64,000 nucleotides of DNA from Felis catus (lineage: Eukaryota), in NCBI RefSeq assembly GCF_018350175.1, contig NC_058386.1, forward strand, positions 45,694,001-45,758,000. Direction: 5' to 3'. The translations under genes were made by a program, and so were the position numbers. Under the pieces are notes generated by a model that was not told the DNA's origin, searched no databases, and saw only the letters and a list, made by a program, of their open reading frames with translations. Shown here in pieces: positions 20,018-32,876 of the stretch. How positions within the stretch are numbered: the stretch's first letter is position 1; each line of letters begins with the position of its first letter.

Positions 20018-23000
20018 TTGCGCACTGTACCAGTTCGGACCACCTCTTCCCCCGCCTTCCGAGTTTGAAAGAACTCAGAGCTGCCTTCTTTAAAAAAAAA
20101 AAAAAAAAAAAAACAAACAAACAAAACAACAACAACAAAAACCAAACACAGGACCTTCCTTTTACGCATGCGCGCTTTTGGCTGCCCTGGCTGGAAATAG
20201 GTTTTTTCTACGTGTTAGGGACCCAATAAAACATGCAGCCCTGGGATAAAATCTTTCTACCTTTCAACCTGCTTTTCTTAAACTGCTGCCGAGGTTCTTC
20301 ACCAACTTGGATGTCTGCGTCTCTAAGTCGTCTGCTTTTTGGCTTTTCTCCACACGTAGTGATTACCAGGCGCGGAGGGGAAGCGGTACTGGGGGGTTCT
20401 TAATGAAAGAGTACAAAGATACAGGTCGGATGATGGAAATTTTGGAAATGGATGATACTGGCGATAGTTGCACAACAGTGTGAACTTCCTGATGGAACCA
20501 ACCGACGCTCATTTAAACATGCTTAACATGGTACGTTTTATGTGATCGGTTTTAGTACCACAAAAGGGAGAGAACACAGGTGACATAGGATAGAGTTTGT
20601 CCTAAATAAGTAGTTACACAAATAGGTGGAAATGAAATGCGGATTTCAAATAAGCCGTGAAAGAACCGGTAGATAACTACTGAAAAGGTACATTGCCCCT
20701 CTTGCCTTGCTTGATCTGGGTTGGCCTGCATTCCCTCCCCATTGTCTCATCGGGTCTCCCCCTTGGTACCTATTGCCTCAGTCAGTGTGCTGCTCTGGGC
20801 TGGAAGCAGTGCTCCTCTGTATCCGCGTGTGCGTGTGTAACAAGCACATTTATTGACAGTCAGGACCCTTTCTCTATGGGTGGCCTCCCACAATACATCC
20901 TGTGGTTTAGTTTCTACTCCCTTTTGTGGCTTGGGCTTTTTTCCTCTTGAGTCAGATGGATGAAGCTTCAGTTACCCTGGTAACCATTTTTCTCTTTTTA
21001 AATCATCTCAACGTCTCATCACAAAAAGACAAGGAGAGGGAGACAAGTGCTTTCCCATCTATCCTGGACCTTCAGGCAAGCTGACGCCTGAGACTGAGTG
21101 ACCCAGTGAGGAGCTGCAGAAGAATGTTGCCATGACAACAGAATGGCTCACCCCCTTCCGGCACACAGCCCCTTCTCCCTCCCTCTCACTGCCTGATAGA
21201 TCTCACTTCAGAATGGGAACGTGCTTTGGCTAGGACTGAAGGGATAGGTGTATCGTAGAGGATGGAAGGAGAGAGGTATAATCCTGAGATGCCTTCAGAA
21301 GGAACTGGGGGAGGAACCACAGCCTCCCCAAAAAAAGCATCCTGCACAACAGTGAGGTCCCAGAAGGCTACGGAAGCAATGAAAGCAGAGTAGCTCTAAT
21401 GTGTTTGTGATTTTCTCCAGCCCTAAAGGATGCTACAGCATTGTATGCATGGCTCAGGCCCTGGAAAAGGGGGCCTGTGTTGTTAAAGGAGAATGGAGCC
21501 TGGCATCACTCGTGGAGGGCATGACAGACTTGAGAAGGACCTGCTCACCTCAGTGACAGCTCTTATGAGTTACTCCGCTGTGTCTGTCTGGTCTGCTCTT
21601 CCTTCTGTGCTCTGCTTTGGGGGTCCATTTCTGGGACATGAAACGTTGTCCTAGTTAAAGGAGAGGACAAGGCAAGGATGCCCCATCCTCCTCTAACATG
21701 GACTGATTGGAGGGTGGACAGAGCAGGGGCCTGTGGGGATGGTGAGCTGGGATCACAGATTCACCAGTGCTCCTCAGACCACAAGGGCACGGTGGGTAAT
21801 TGATTCTCTCTGGCTGATGTGATCTTCATGATTATTCACTCTCAGGACTACACAGAAAAGGAGCCAAAACCCCCACTGAATTCATTGATGGTCTGCTAAG
21901 CATCTTTGATATCAATCACGTGACTGGTCTAGCTGAGGAAGTGCTCAGTCGCTCAGATTTCCACCACACCTTCCTTCTTGCCTCCAAGTGGGGAAGGTGT
22001 ATGTGTGGCTTACAAGTCTCCCCGGGTGGTGCTGGAATGGGGTGTATGAAATCCTTATGTTGCTCACAGTGTCCTGGGTGGTTTCTGAGGGAAGGAGGAC
22101 TCTTGTGTCCCTGGTCCACCTGGTGAAGTGACCTGCACCACCTTGCATGTGGCTGGTGTAACCTGCTTTTTCCTCTCTCCTCTTGGCCAGTACCTGCTGC
22201 TTCCTGGCTGACCCAGCCTCAGCTCACCTGTGTTGGCATGTGGAGACCTCTTGGATTCTTGGTCTCAACGTCCATCACTTCTGTGGGAAGGGCTGTTGCT
22301 CCACAGCCTCAGCTGCAGGGTCACCTAGTCTGCTGCATGCTTAGTCCTCCTTCATTAACCCCTGATGGGGAGTCACTCACTTTCCACATTTCCTTACCTG
22401 GGGATGCAGCCTCTGGAGGGTCACAGCACAGCAGGAGCCACGATCAGCTCCAGAAAGCTAAGTTCCTAAACTTCAGCCATCCCTCTGCCCAAAGAGACTG
22501 CTGGGTCAGCCTGCAAAGTGAACTCCTCTGAGTCCCAAACGCAAATCGGTGCAAAATCCTTTCCTCCACTTGTCTGATACATCTCACTTGTCCCCTCCCA
22601 TTCAGGGGAGTCTGACCTGAGAGCCTTACCTCCATCGGCCACCTCTTTGTGTCATGTACTCCTCCAATACTGGGAGACAACATTCATCTTTGCTTGACCT
22701 TCATGCTGACAAGACTCCTATAGAGTATATCCAGATCCCAAAGGGAAAGCTTTAGGATTTGCTTTTATTATTATTAATTATTATTATTATTAAGCAAAAA
22801 GGGATTGGCTAGTTGAGAAAGAAACATAAAAGAGAGAGGATTACCAGTCAGTCATGCACCCTTGTGCCATTGTCAGTACGGACGATCTATAAAAGTAAAC
22901 TCAGAGTTCAAAGACAGACACCATGTTTTAAAAGGGTCCTAGGAGATGCTTGTCAGCAATTGTAACATCAGTACCCAGAGAGCTTCAATCCTAAATCCTC

Positions 23001-26000
23001 TGCTCCCACCAGCACCTGGATACTCGGCAGCAGAGATGAACTTACCCAAAGCTTGTGATGTTTTCCAAGGGTTCTGGGGCAAATCTGGGTGTGTCTTCCT
23101 AGGTGACTAGTCCAGGAGTATTTGGAGGTTTGGCAACCTTTTTTCCAGTCTCCTGTTTACCACATAATGAATTAAAACAGCAGCACGGAGACTGGCTCCA
23201 TAGTTTAATCGTTCAAAGTAACTACTTTTCTCATTACCGGGGGAAGCACAGTCTACATGACTGGAAAACAGAATTAAAGAACAACTGCCCTAAAGGTAAA
23301 ATCCCCAAAATGAAAGTGTTTGCTTGAGAACTTCCCATTCTGGGCACAATGCCTTTAGTGGCCTTCCTGCTGGAGTTACAGTACAGGTTCCTGGCTCGGT
23401 CCTAACCAGGACAGTTTCTCCCTAGCTACTTCCATGGGTGTGGGTCCCATACAGACAATACACGTGGGAACACTCTGGCCTCCAGCAGCTCTTCTCAGGC
23501 TCCTGATTCTCCCACAGGCAGTCACTCACAATGCGAAGCAATGATTTATCAAACATCCTGAGAACTCCTGGTGCCAGCTTTGTTCTGAAAATAGTTTCAT
23601 TCACCTTACGGGCACATGCCCTGACTGTCCTAAGTGCAGATGGAGAAACCAAGTCACAGGGACACTAAGGAACGCGCCTGCTGCTATGCAGCCTGCGAGT
23701 TCACTAGATGAAGTCTTGAGAGCACTGCTGCCCACCCTAGGTGTCCTTATGATGGGCCAACCTCTTCTCTTTCTTTCTCTCATTCATCATGGGTATCTCA
23801 TTTTAAGCAGCAAGTGAAGTAATTTAACGACTGAGAAGAAAGTTTTTTTGTGTGTCATTAGTACAAACACCTCAAAACCTGCAGGAGTTACCATGGGGCA
23901 CACGTGTTCCTGTGGGTTTAAAGGGAGATCATCCAGGAACCCTCCCCCGCCCCAGTGATACCCTTTCAGTAACCCACAACAAAGCAACAACAGGTGTCAG
24001 GTGACCTTTTATTCGGCATTCCATAACATTAATGAGAGCCTCTCTTAATAGGTGTGTGGTGCTCTTGTACAAGCTGGTCACGTAGCACTTATCTGGGGAG
24101 TGAGAGAATACAAACCAACCAACCAACCAACCAACCAAGGAATAAGCAAATTAGTGGGCTGTTAGGAAGAAAATAACCCAGGTCCTAGGCCAGGAACAAC
24201 CTACTTTACACAAGGTGGTCACGGAGAGCCTCTCTGAGGAGGCAATAATGGAGCAGAAACCAGAAGGTTAGAAGGAACCCACCATGTAAGGATCCAGGGA
24301 GAGACTCTTCCAGGCAGCGACGACTGTGATCACCAGTGTTCTAAGGAGGGAAGAAGCATGTGCAAGGAACAGGAGTAGGCCAGAGTTACTGCCGTGAAGA
24401 CAAGAGATGAGCAGATTGTTCGGATACGAAAACAGTAGCAGTAGATGAGCACAGAACGGGATGGATGGATACAGGATGTTTTCAGAAGATCGAATCCAGA
24501 GGACGTGGTGCTGGGTTGCAGTGGAGACCAAAGGAACACGTCACGTGAAGAGGCGTGCTTGGGACATGTTAAGTGTCTGCTCCCTTCTGGTCATCCAGCA
24601 AAGACACAGACAAATGTGGGTCTCAGGGGACAGGTTGATGCATGAGGTACGAACGTGGGAGGTCCCGTTGTGTCCATGCTCTGTGCTGGCACCAAGGATG
24701 AAACAACCCACAGAGAGAGTGTAGATGGGAAGGGCCCTGTTAAAAGCCCTGTGGAATAGGGAGTGAGCAATAAACACTGACAAGGAGCACAGTGGCCACT
24801 GGGGTTGCGAGAACATCACCCAAAGAGTAAAGTTTCAAATAGGCCAAAATACAAATTAGAAGAAAGGGAGGGAGGGACATTTTCAAGAACCAGGCAATTG
24901 TTAAGTGTACCAGAGCTATCTGAGAGGTACAGTAGGTTGAGGAGAGGACATCATCAAAGGGATTCACTGGTGCCCTTGACAGCTGTTTTCATTTGGGGGG
25001 CAGGCTGATAGAAGCTGGACTGGAGAAGTTAGCAAAAAAAAAAAAAAAATGGTTACAGAACAAGGGAAGACTTGCTGTTTACAGCAAGCGAAATGTGGCA
25101 GTGTCTCAGAAAGATATGGGATAAGGGATGGCTTTACGTTTTACTGCCTCTTGTATCATAGATAACAGAATGATGGAGAAATAAATGGATAGGTGATAAT
25201 TGGAATCATTGCAAAGTCCTACTCCTCCTCCAGAAGATGGGCATGGGATCCAGGTGAAGGGCCTGGCCTCAGGTAGGATAAGGTCCTTTATCCCACAGGG
25301 ATAGCAGAGATACAGGTGCAGATCAGGTGTTGCTGTGAAGTGGTGAGAGTTCCTGTCTGATAACTGCTCTTTTTTCTTTTCTTCTTCTTCTTCTTCTTCT
25401 TCTTCTTTTTAATGTATTACCATTGAACTTCTTGAGAAGCGTGGGTCATGGAGCACTAGAAGGTTACTGCAGATAGAGAAAAGATACAGGTCAGGAGGTT
25501 GCAGGATTTCGTCTTCATTAGGGTGTACCAGGAGAGGAGAGAGGAAGGAGCAAAGACCTGTTTTGCGCGGGACAATTTATAGCCCCTTAAGCTGGCCTAA
25601 TAGAATGTGACATGACCTAGTGGCCATGGAACCGGGGGTTCCCTAAAGGGCTTAATGCCTAGGCTGTAGGCGCAGTAGAGGGAGGGGGCTGGAGAACAGG
25701 CCTTTTGGGGGTGATGAGAGAGAGGAATGCTAGACAGCGACTCCAGGGAGGGGAGCGGGGTTCCTGATGTCCAGGGCCCAAGGCAGGTCCATGGGCAGCC
25801 GGATATTCGTGTTGGGGAGAACAACCCTGAGGACGGAGAGGACCGGGGGTGGCCGGTTCGTCTTCTAGGGCCTTGATAGGCCTGGAGGCAGCAGGGGAGG
25901 GAGGGCTGAGAGGAGGATAGCAACTGTGCCTTGGGACCAACGTTCACAGGCTGGAGTGGGCAGAACAATGACCAGGGGATTCGGACACGCCTCGCCCAAA

Positions 26001-26426
26001 GGACGGTCTGAGAGTCCGGGGATCGGGGAATAGCAGCCGGATAACAGGGGTTTGGGGCCTTGGACGAGTATGGAAACCGTCTTCAGAGCTGGGCACACAG
26101 ACTGGCAAGGACCTCACTCAGTCGCCGGAACCAGGCTCAGACCCTCACAATTGGAACGCATCCCGAAGCCCTGCCTTTTCCTCTACCGGGCGCCGGAACT
26201 TCCGGACGCGGGCCTTCCTGCTTCTGTTGGCTTAGTTCCGGGGCGGGACCGTAGAAGGCTATTGTGCCGAAGACCGTTCGGCCGGGCCACTTCGATTGTA
26301 CCGCACCCTTCGCTCCCCCGCAGCAGCATTCCTCCTTGCCACCTCAGCTATGATCTGCAGGGCTCTTTACAGGCGAGCAGAGGAAACGATGGATTTTCCT
26401 TTGTGATGTGTGTCGTTCCGTTTCTC

Positions 26427-26445
26427 TGGCCAGTAGGTGGCAGTG
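26427..26445 (+). promoter_or_regulatory. CTCF core motif, unit 3
   Basis: tggccagtaggtggcagtg. Confidence 0.85.
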
Positions 26446-29400
26446 TTGCGCACTGTACCAGTTCGGACCACCTCTTCCCCCGCCTTCCGAGTTTGAAAGA
26501 ACTCAGAGCTGCCTTCTTTAAAAAAAAAAAAAAAAAAAACAAACAAACAAACAACAACAACAACAACAAAAACCAAACACAGGACCTTCCTTTTACGCAT
26601 GCGCGCTTTTGGCTGCCCTGGCTGGAAATAGGTTTTTTCTACGTGTTAGGGACCCAATAAAACATGCAGCCCTGGGATAAAATCTTTCTACCTTTCAACC
26701 TGCTTTTCTTAAACTGCTGCCGAGGTTCTTCACCAACTTGGATGTCTGCGTCTCTAAGTCGTCTGCTTTTTGGCTTTTCTCCACACGTAGTGATTACCAG
26801 GCGCGGAGGGGAAGCGGTACTGGGGGGTTCTTAATGAAAGAGTACAAAGATACAGGTCGGATGATGGAAATTTTGGAAATGGATGATACTGGCGATAGTT
26901 GCACAACAGTGTGAACTTCCTGATGGAACCAACCGACGCTCATTTAAACATGCTTAACATGGTACGTTTTATGTGATCGGTTTTAGTACCACAAAAGGGA
27001 GAGAACACAGGTGACATAGGATAGAGTTTGTCCTAAATAAGTAGTTACACAAATAGGTGGAAATGAAATGCGGATTTCAAATAAGCCGTGAAAGAACCGG
27101 TAGATAACTACTGAAAAGGTACATTGCCCCTCTTGCCTTGCTTGATCTGGGTTGGCCTGCATTCCCTCCCCATTGTCTCATCGGGTCTCCCCCTTGGTAC
27201 CTATTGCCTCAGTCAGTGTGCTGCTCTGGGCTGGAAGCAGTGCTCCTCTGTATCCGCGTGTGCGTGTGTAACAAGCACATTTATTGACAGTCAGGACCCT
27301 TTCTCTATGGGTGGCCTCCCACAATACATCCTGTGGTTTAGTTTCTACTCCCTTTTGTGGCTTGGGCTTTTTTCCTCTTGAGTCAGATGGATGAAGCTTC
27401 AGTTACCCTGGTAACCATTTTTCTCTTTTTAAATCATCTCAACGTCTCATCACAAAAAGACAAGGAGAGGGAGACAAGTGCTTTCCCATCTATCCTGGAC
27501 CTTCAGGCAAGCTGACGCCTGAGACTGAGTGACCCAGTGAGGAGCTGCAGAAGAATGTTGCCATGACAACAGAATGGCTCACCCCCTTCCGGCACACAGC
27601 CCCTTCTCCCTCCCTCTCACTGCCTGATAGATCTCACTTCAGAATGGGAACGTGCTTTGGCTAGGACTGAAGGGATAGGTGTATCGTAGAGGATGGAAGG
27701 AGAGAGGTATAATCCTGAGATGCCTTCAGAAGGAACTGGGGGAGGAACCACAGCCTCCCCAAAAAAAGCATCCTGCACAACAGTGAGGTCCCAGAAGGCT
27801 ACGGAAGCAATGAAAGCAGAGTAGCTCTAATGTGTTTGTGATTTTCTCCAGCCCTAAAGGATGCTACAGCATTGTATGCATGGCTCAGGCCCTGGAAAAG
27901 GGGGCCTGTGTTGTTAAAGGAGAATGGAGCCTGGCATCACTCGTGGAGGGCATGACAGACTTGAGAAGGACCTGCTCACCTCAGTGACAGCTCTTATGAG
28001 TTACTCCGCTGTGTCTGTCTGGTCTGCTCTTCCTTCTGTGCTCTGCTTTGGGGGTCCATTTCTGGGACATGAAACGTTGTCCTAGTTAAAGGAGAGGACA
28101 AGGCAAGGATGCCCCATCCTCCTCTAACATGGACTGATTGGAGGGTGGACAGAGCAGGGGCCTGTGGGGATGGTGAGCTGGGATCACAGATTCACCAGTG
28201 CTCCTCAGACCACAAGGGCACGGTGGGTAATTGATTCTCTCTGGCTGATGTGATCTTCATGATTATTCACTCTCAGGACTACACAGAAAAGGAGCCAAAA
28301 CCCCCACTGAATTCATTGATGGTCTGCTAAGCATCTTTGATATCAATCACGTGACTGGTCTAGCTGAGGAAGTGCTCAGTCGCTCAGATTTCCACCACAC
28401 CTTCCTTCTTGCCTCCAAGTGGGGAAGGTGTATGTGTGGCTTACAAGTCTCCCCGGGTGGTGCTGGAATGGGGTGTATGAAATCCTTATGTTGCTCACAG
28501 TGTCCTGGGTGGTTTCTGAGGGAAGGAGGACTCTTGTGTCCCTGGTCCACCTGGTGAAGTGACCTGCACCACCTTGCATGTGGCTGGTGTAACCTGCTTT
28601 TTCCTCTCTCCTCTTGGCCAGTACCTGCTGCTTCCTGGCTGACCCAGCCTCAGCTCACCTGTGTTGGCATGTGGAGACCTCTTGGATTCTTGGTCTCAAC
28701 GTCCATCACTTCTGTGGGAAGGGCTGTTGCTCCACAGCCTCAGCTGCAGGGTCACCTAGTCTGCTGCATGCTTAGTCCTCCTTCATTAACCCCTGATGGG
28801 GAGTCACTCACTTTCCACATTTCCTTACCTGGGGATGCAGCCTCTGGAGGGTCACAGCACAGCAGGAGCCACGATCAGCTCCAGAAAGCTAAGTTCCTAA
28901 ACTTCAGCCATCCCTCTGCCCAAAGAGACTGCTGGGTCAGCCTGCAAAGTGAACTCCTCTGAGTCCCAAACGCAAATCGGTGCAAAATCCTTTCCTCCAC
29001 TTGTCTGATACATCTCACTTGTCCCCTCCCATTCAGGGGAGTCTGACCTGAGAGCCTTACCTCCATCGGCCACCTCTTTGTGTCATGTACTCCTCCAATA
29101 CTGGGAGACAACATTCATCTTTGCTTGACCTTCATGCTGACAAGACTCCTATAGAGTATATCCAGATCCCAAAGGGAAAGCTTTAGGATTTGCTTTTATT
29201 ATTATTAATTATTATTATTATTAAGCAAAAAGGGATTGGCTAGTTGAGAAAGAAACATAAAAGAGAGAGGATTACCAGTCAGTCATGCACCCTTGTGCCA
29301 TTGTCAGTACGGACGATCTATAAAAGTAAACTCAGAGTTCAAAGACAGACACCATGTTTTAAAAGGGTCCTAGGAGATGCTTGTCAGCAATTGTAACATC

Positions 29401-32400
29401 AGTACCCAGAGAGCTTCAATCCTAAATCCTCTGCTCCCACCAGCACCTGGATACTCGGCAGCAGAGATGAACTTACCCAAAGCTTGTGATGTTTTCCAAG
29501 GGTTCTGGGGCAAATCTGGGTGTGTCTTCCTAGGTGACTAGTCCAGGAGTATTTGGAGGTTTGGCAACCTTTTTTCCAGTCTCCTGTTTACCACATAATG
29601 AATTAAAACAGCAGCACGGAGACTGGCTCCATAGTTTAATCGTTCAAAGTAACTACTTTTCTCATTACCGGGGGAAGCACAGTCTACATGACTGGAAAAC
29701 AGAATTAAAGAACAACTGCCCTAAAGGTAAAATCCCCAAAATGAAAGTGTTTGCTTGAGAACTTCCCATTCTGGGCACAATGCCTTTAGTGGCCTTCCTG
29801 CTGGAGTTACAGTACAGGTTCCTGGCTCGGTCCTAACCAGGACAGTTTCTCCCTAGCTACTTCCATGGGTGTGGGTCCCATACAGACAATACACGTGGGA
29901 ACACTCTGGCCTCCAGCAGCTCTTCTCAGGCTCCTGATTCTCCCACAGGCAGTCACTCACAATGCGAAGCAATGATTTATCAAACATCCTGAGAACTCCT
30001 GGTGCCAGCTTTGTTCTGAAAATAGTTTCATTCACCTTACGGGCACATGCCCTGACTGTCCTAAGTGCAGATGGAGAAACCAAGTCACAGGGACACTAAG
30101 GAACGCGCCTGCTGCTATGCAGCCTGCGAGTTCACTAGATGAAGTCTTGAGAGCACTGCTGCCCACCCTAGGTGTCCTTATGATGGGCCAACCTCTTCTC
30201 TTTCTTTCTCTCATTCATCATGGGTATCTCATTTTAAGCAGCAAGTGAAGTAATTTAACGACTGAGAAGAAAGTTTTTTTGTGTGTCATTAGTACAAACA
30301 CCTCAAAACCTGCAGGAGTTACCATGGGGCACACGTGTTCCTGTGGGTTTAAAGGGAGATCATCCAGGAACCCTCCCCCGCCCCAGTGATACCCTTTCAG
30401 TAACCCACAACAAAGCAACAACAGGTGTCAGGTGACCTTTTATTCGGCATTCCATAACATTAATGAGAGCCTCTCTTAATAGGTGTGTGGTGCTCTTGTA
30501 CAAGCTGGTCACGTAGCACTTATCTGGGGAGTGAGAGAATACAAACCAACCAACCAACCAACCAACCAAGGAATAAGCAAATTAGTGGGCTGTTAGGAAG
30601 AAAATAACCCAGGTCCTAGGCCAGGAACAACCTACTTTACACAAGGTGGTCACGGAGAGCCTCTCTGAGGAGGCAATAATGGAGCAGAAACCAGAAGGTT
30701 AGAAGGAACCCACCATGTAAGGATCCAGGGAGAGACTCTTCCAGGCAGCGACGACTGTGATCACCAGTGTTCTAAGGAGGGAAGAAGCATGTGCAAGGAA
30801 CAGGAGTAGGCCAGAGTTACTGCCGTGAAGACAAGAGATGAGCAGATTGTTCGGATACGAAAACAGTAGCAGTAGATGAGCACAGAACGGGATGGATGGA
30901 TACAGGATGTTTTCAGAAGATCGAATCCAGAGGACGTGGTGCTGGGTTGCAGTGGAGACCAAAGGAACACGTCACGTGAAGAGGCGTGCTTGGGACATGT
31001 TAAGTGTCTGCTCCCTTCTGGTCATCCAGCAAAGACACAGACAAATGTGGGTCTCAGGGGACAGGTTGATGCATGAGGTACGAACGTGGGAGGTCCCGTT
31101 GTGTCCATGCTCTGTGCTGGCACCAAGGATGAAACAACCCACAGAGAGAGTGTAGATGGGAAGGGCCCTGTTAAAAGCCCTGTGGAATAGGGAGTGAGCA
31201 ATAAACACTGACAAGGAGCACAGTGGCCACTGGGGTTGCGAGAACATCACCCAAAGAGTAAAGTTTCAAATAGGCCAAAATACAAATTAGAAGAAAGGGA
31301 GGGAGGGACATTTTCAAGAACCAGGCAATTGTTAAGTGTACCAGAGCTATCTGAGAGGTACAGTAGGTTGAGGAGAGGACATCATCAAAGGGATTCACTG
31401 GTGCCCTTGACAGCTGTTTTCATTTGGGGGGCAGGCTGATAGAAGCTGGACTGGAGAAGTTAGCAAAAAAAAAAAAAAAATGGTTACAGAACAAGGGAAG
31501 ACTTGCTGTTTACAGCAAGCGAAATGTGGCAGTGTCTCAGAAAGATATGGGATAAGGGATGGCTTTACGTTTTACTGCCTCTTGTATCATAGATAACAGA
31601 ATGATGGAGAAATAAATGGATAGGTGATAATTGGAATCATTGCAAAGTCCTACTCCTCCTCCAGAAGATGGGCATGGGATCCAGGTGAAGGGCCTGGCCT
31701 CAGGTAGGATAAGGTCCTTTATCCCACAGGGATAGCAGAGATACAGGTGCAGATCAGGTGTTGCTGTGAAGTGGTGAGAGTTCCTGTCTGATAACTGCTC
31801 TTTTTTCTTTTCTTCTTCTTCTTCTTCTTCTTCTTCTTTTTAATGTATTACCATTGAACTTCTTGAGAAGCGTGGGTCATGGAGCACTAGAAGGTTACTG
31901 CAGATAGAGAAAAGATACAGGTCAGGAGGTTGCAGGATTTCGTCTTCATTAGGGTGTACCAGGAGAGGAGAGAGGAAGGAGCAAAGACCTGTTTTGCGCG
32001 GGACAATTTATAGCCCCTTAAGCTGGCCTAATAGAATGTGACATGACCTAGTGGCCATGGAACCGGGGGTTCCCTAAAGGGCTTAATGCCTAGGCTGTAG
32101 GCGCAGTAGAGGGAGGGGGCTGGAGAACAGGCCTTTTGGGGGTGATGAGAGAGAGGAATGCTAGACAGCGACTCCAGGGAGGGGAGCGGGGTTCCTGATG
32201 TCCAGGGCCCAAGGCAGGTCCATGGGCAGCCGGATATTCGTGTTGGGGAGAACAACCCTGAGGACGGAGAGGACCGGGGGTGGCCGGTTCGTCTTCTAGG
32301 GCCTTGATAGGCCTGGAGGCAGCAGGGGAGGGAGGGCTGAGAGGAGGATAGCAACTGTGCCTTGGGACCAACGTTCACAGGCTGGAGTGGGCAGAACAAT

Positions 32401-32857
32401 GACCAGGGGATTCGGACACGCCTCGCCCAAAGGACGGTCTGAGAGTCCGGGGATCGGGGAATAGCAGCCGGATAACAGGGGTTTGGGGCCTTGGACGAGT
32501 ATGGAAACCGTCTTCAGAGCTGGGCACACAGACTGGCAAGGACCTCACTCAGTCGCCGGAACCAGGCTCAGACCCTCACAATTGGAACGCATCCCGAAGC
32601 CCTGCCTTTTCCTCTACCGGGCGCCGGAACTTCCGGACGCGGGCCTTCCTGCTTCTGTTGGCTTAGTTCCGGGGCGGGACCGTAGAAGGCTATTGTGCCG
32701 AAGACCGTTCGGCCGGGCCACTTCGATTGTACCGCACCCTTCGCTCCCCCGCAGCAGCATTCCTCCTTGCCACCTCAGCTATGATCTGCAGGGCTCTTTA
32801 CAGGCGAGCAGAGGAAACGATGGATTTTCCTTTGTGATGTGTGTCGTTCCGTTTCTC

Positions 32858-32876
32858 TGGCCAGTAGGTGGCAGTG
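32858..32876 (+). promoter_or_regulatory. CTCF core motif, unit 4
   Basis: tggccagtaggtggcagtg. Confidence 0.85.

Noticed and set aside
19624-20229. ~200-aa ORF repeated in units 2-7
   Set aside because: Starts at TTG, lies over the GC-rich island, runs through a poly-A/(CAA)n tract whose length changes the frame (117, 201, 202, 191, 156 aa), and resembles no protein family I know
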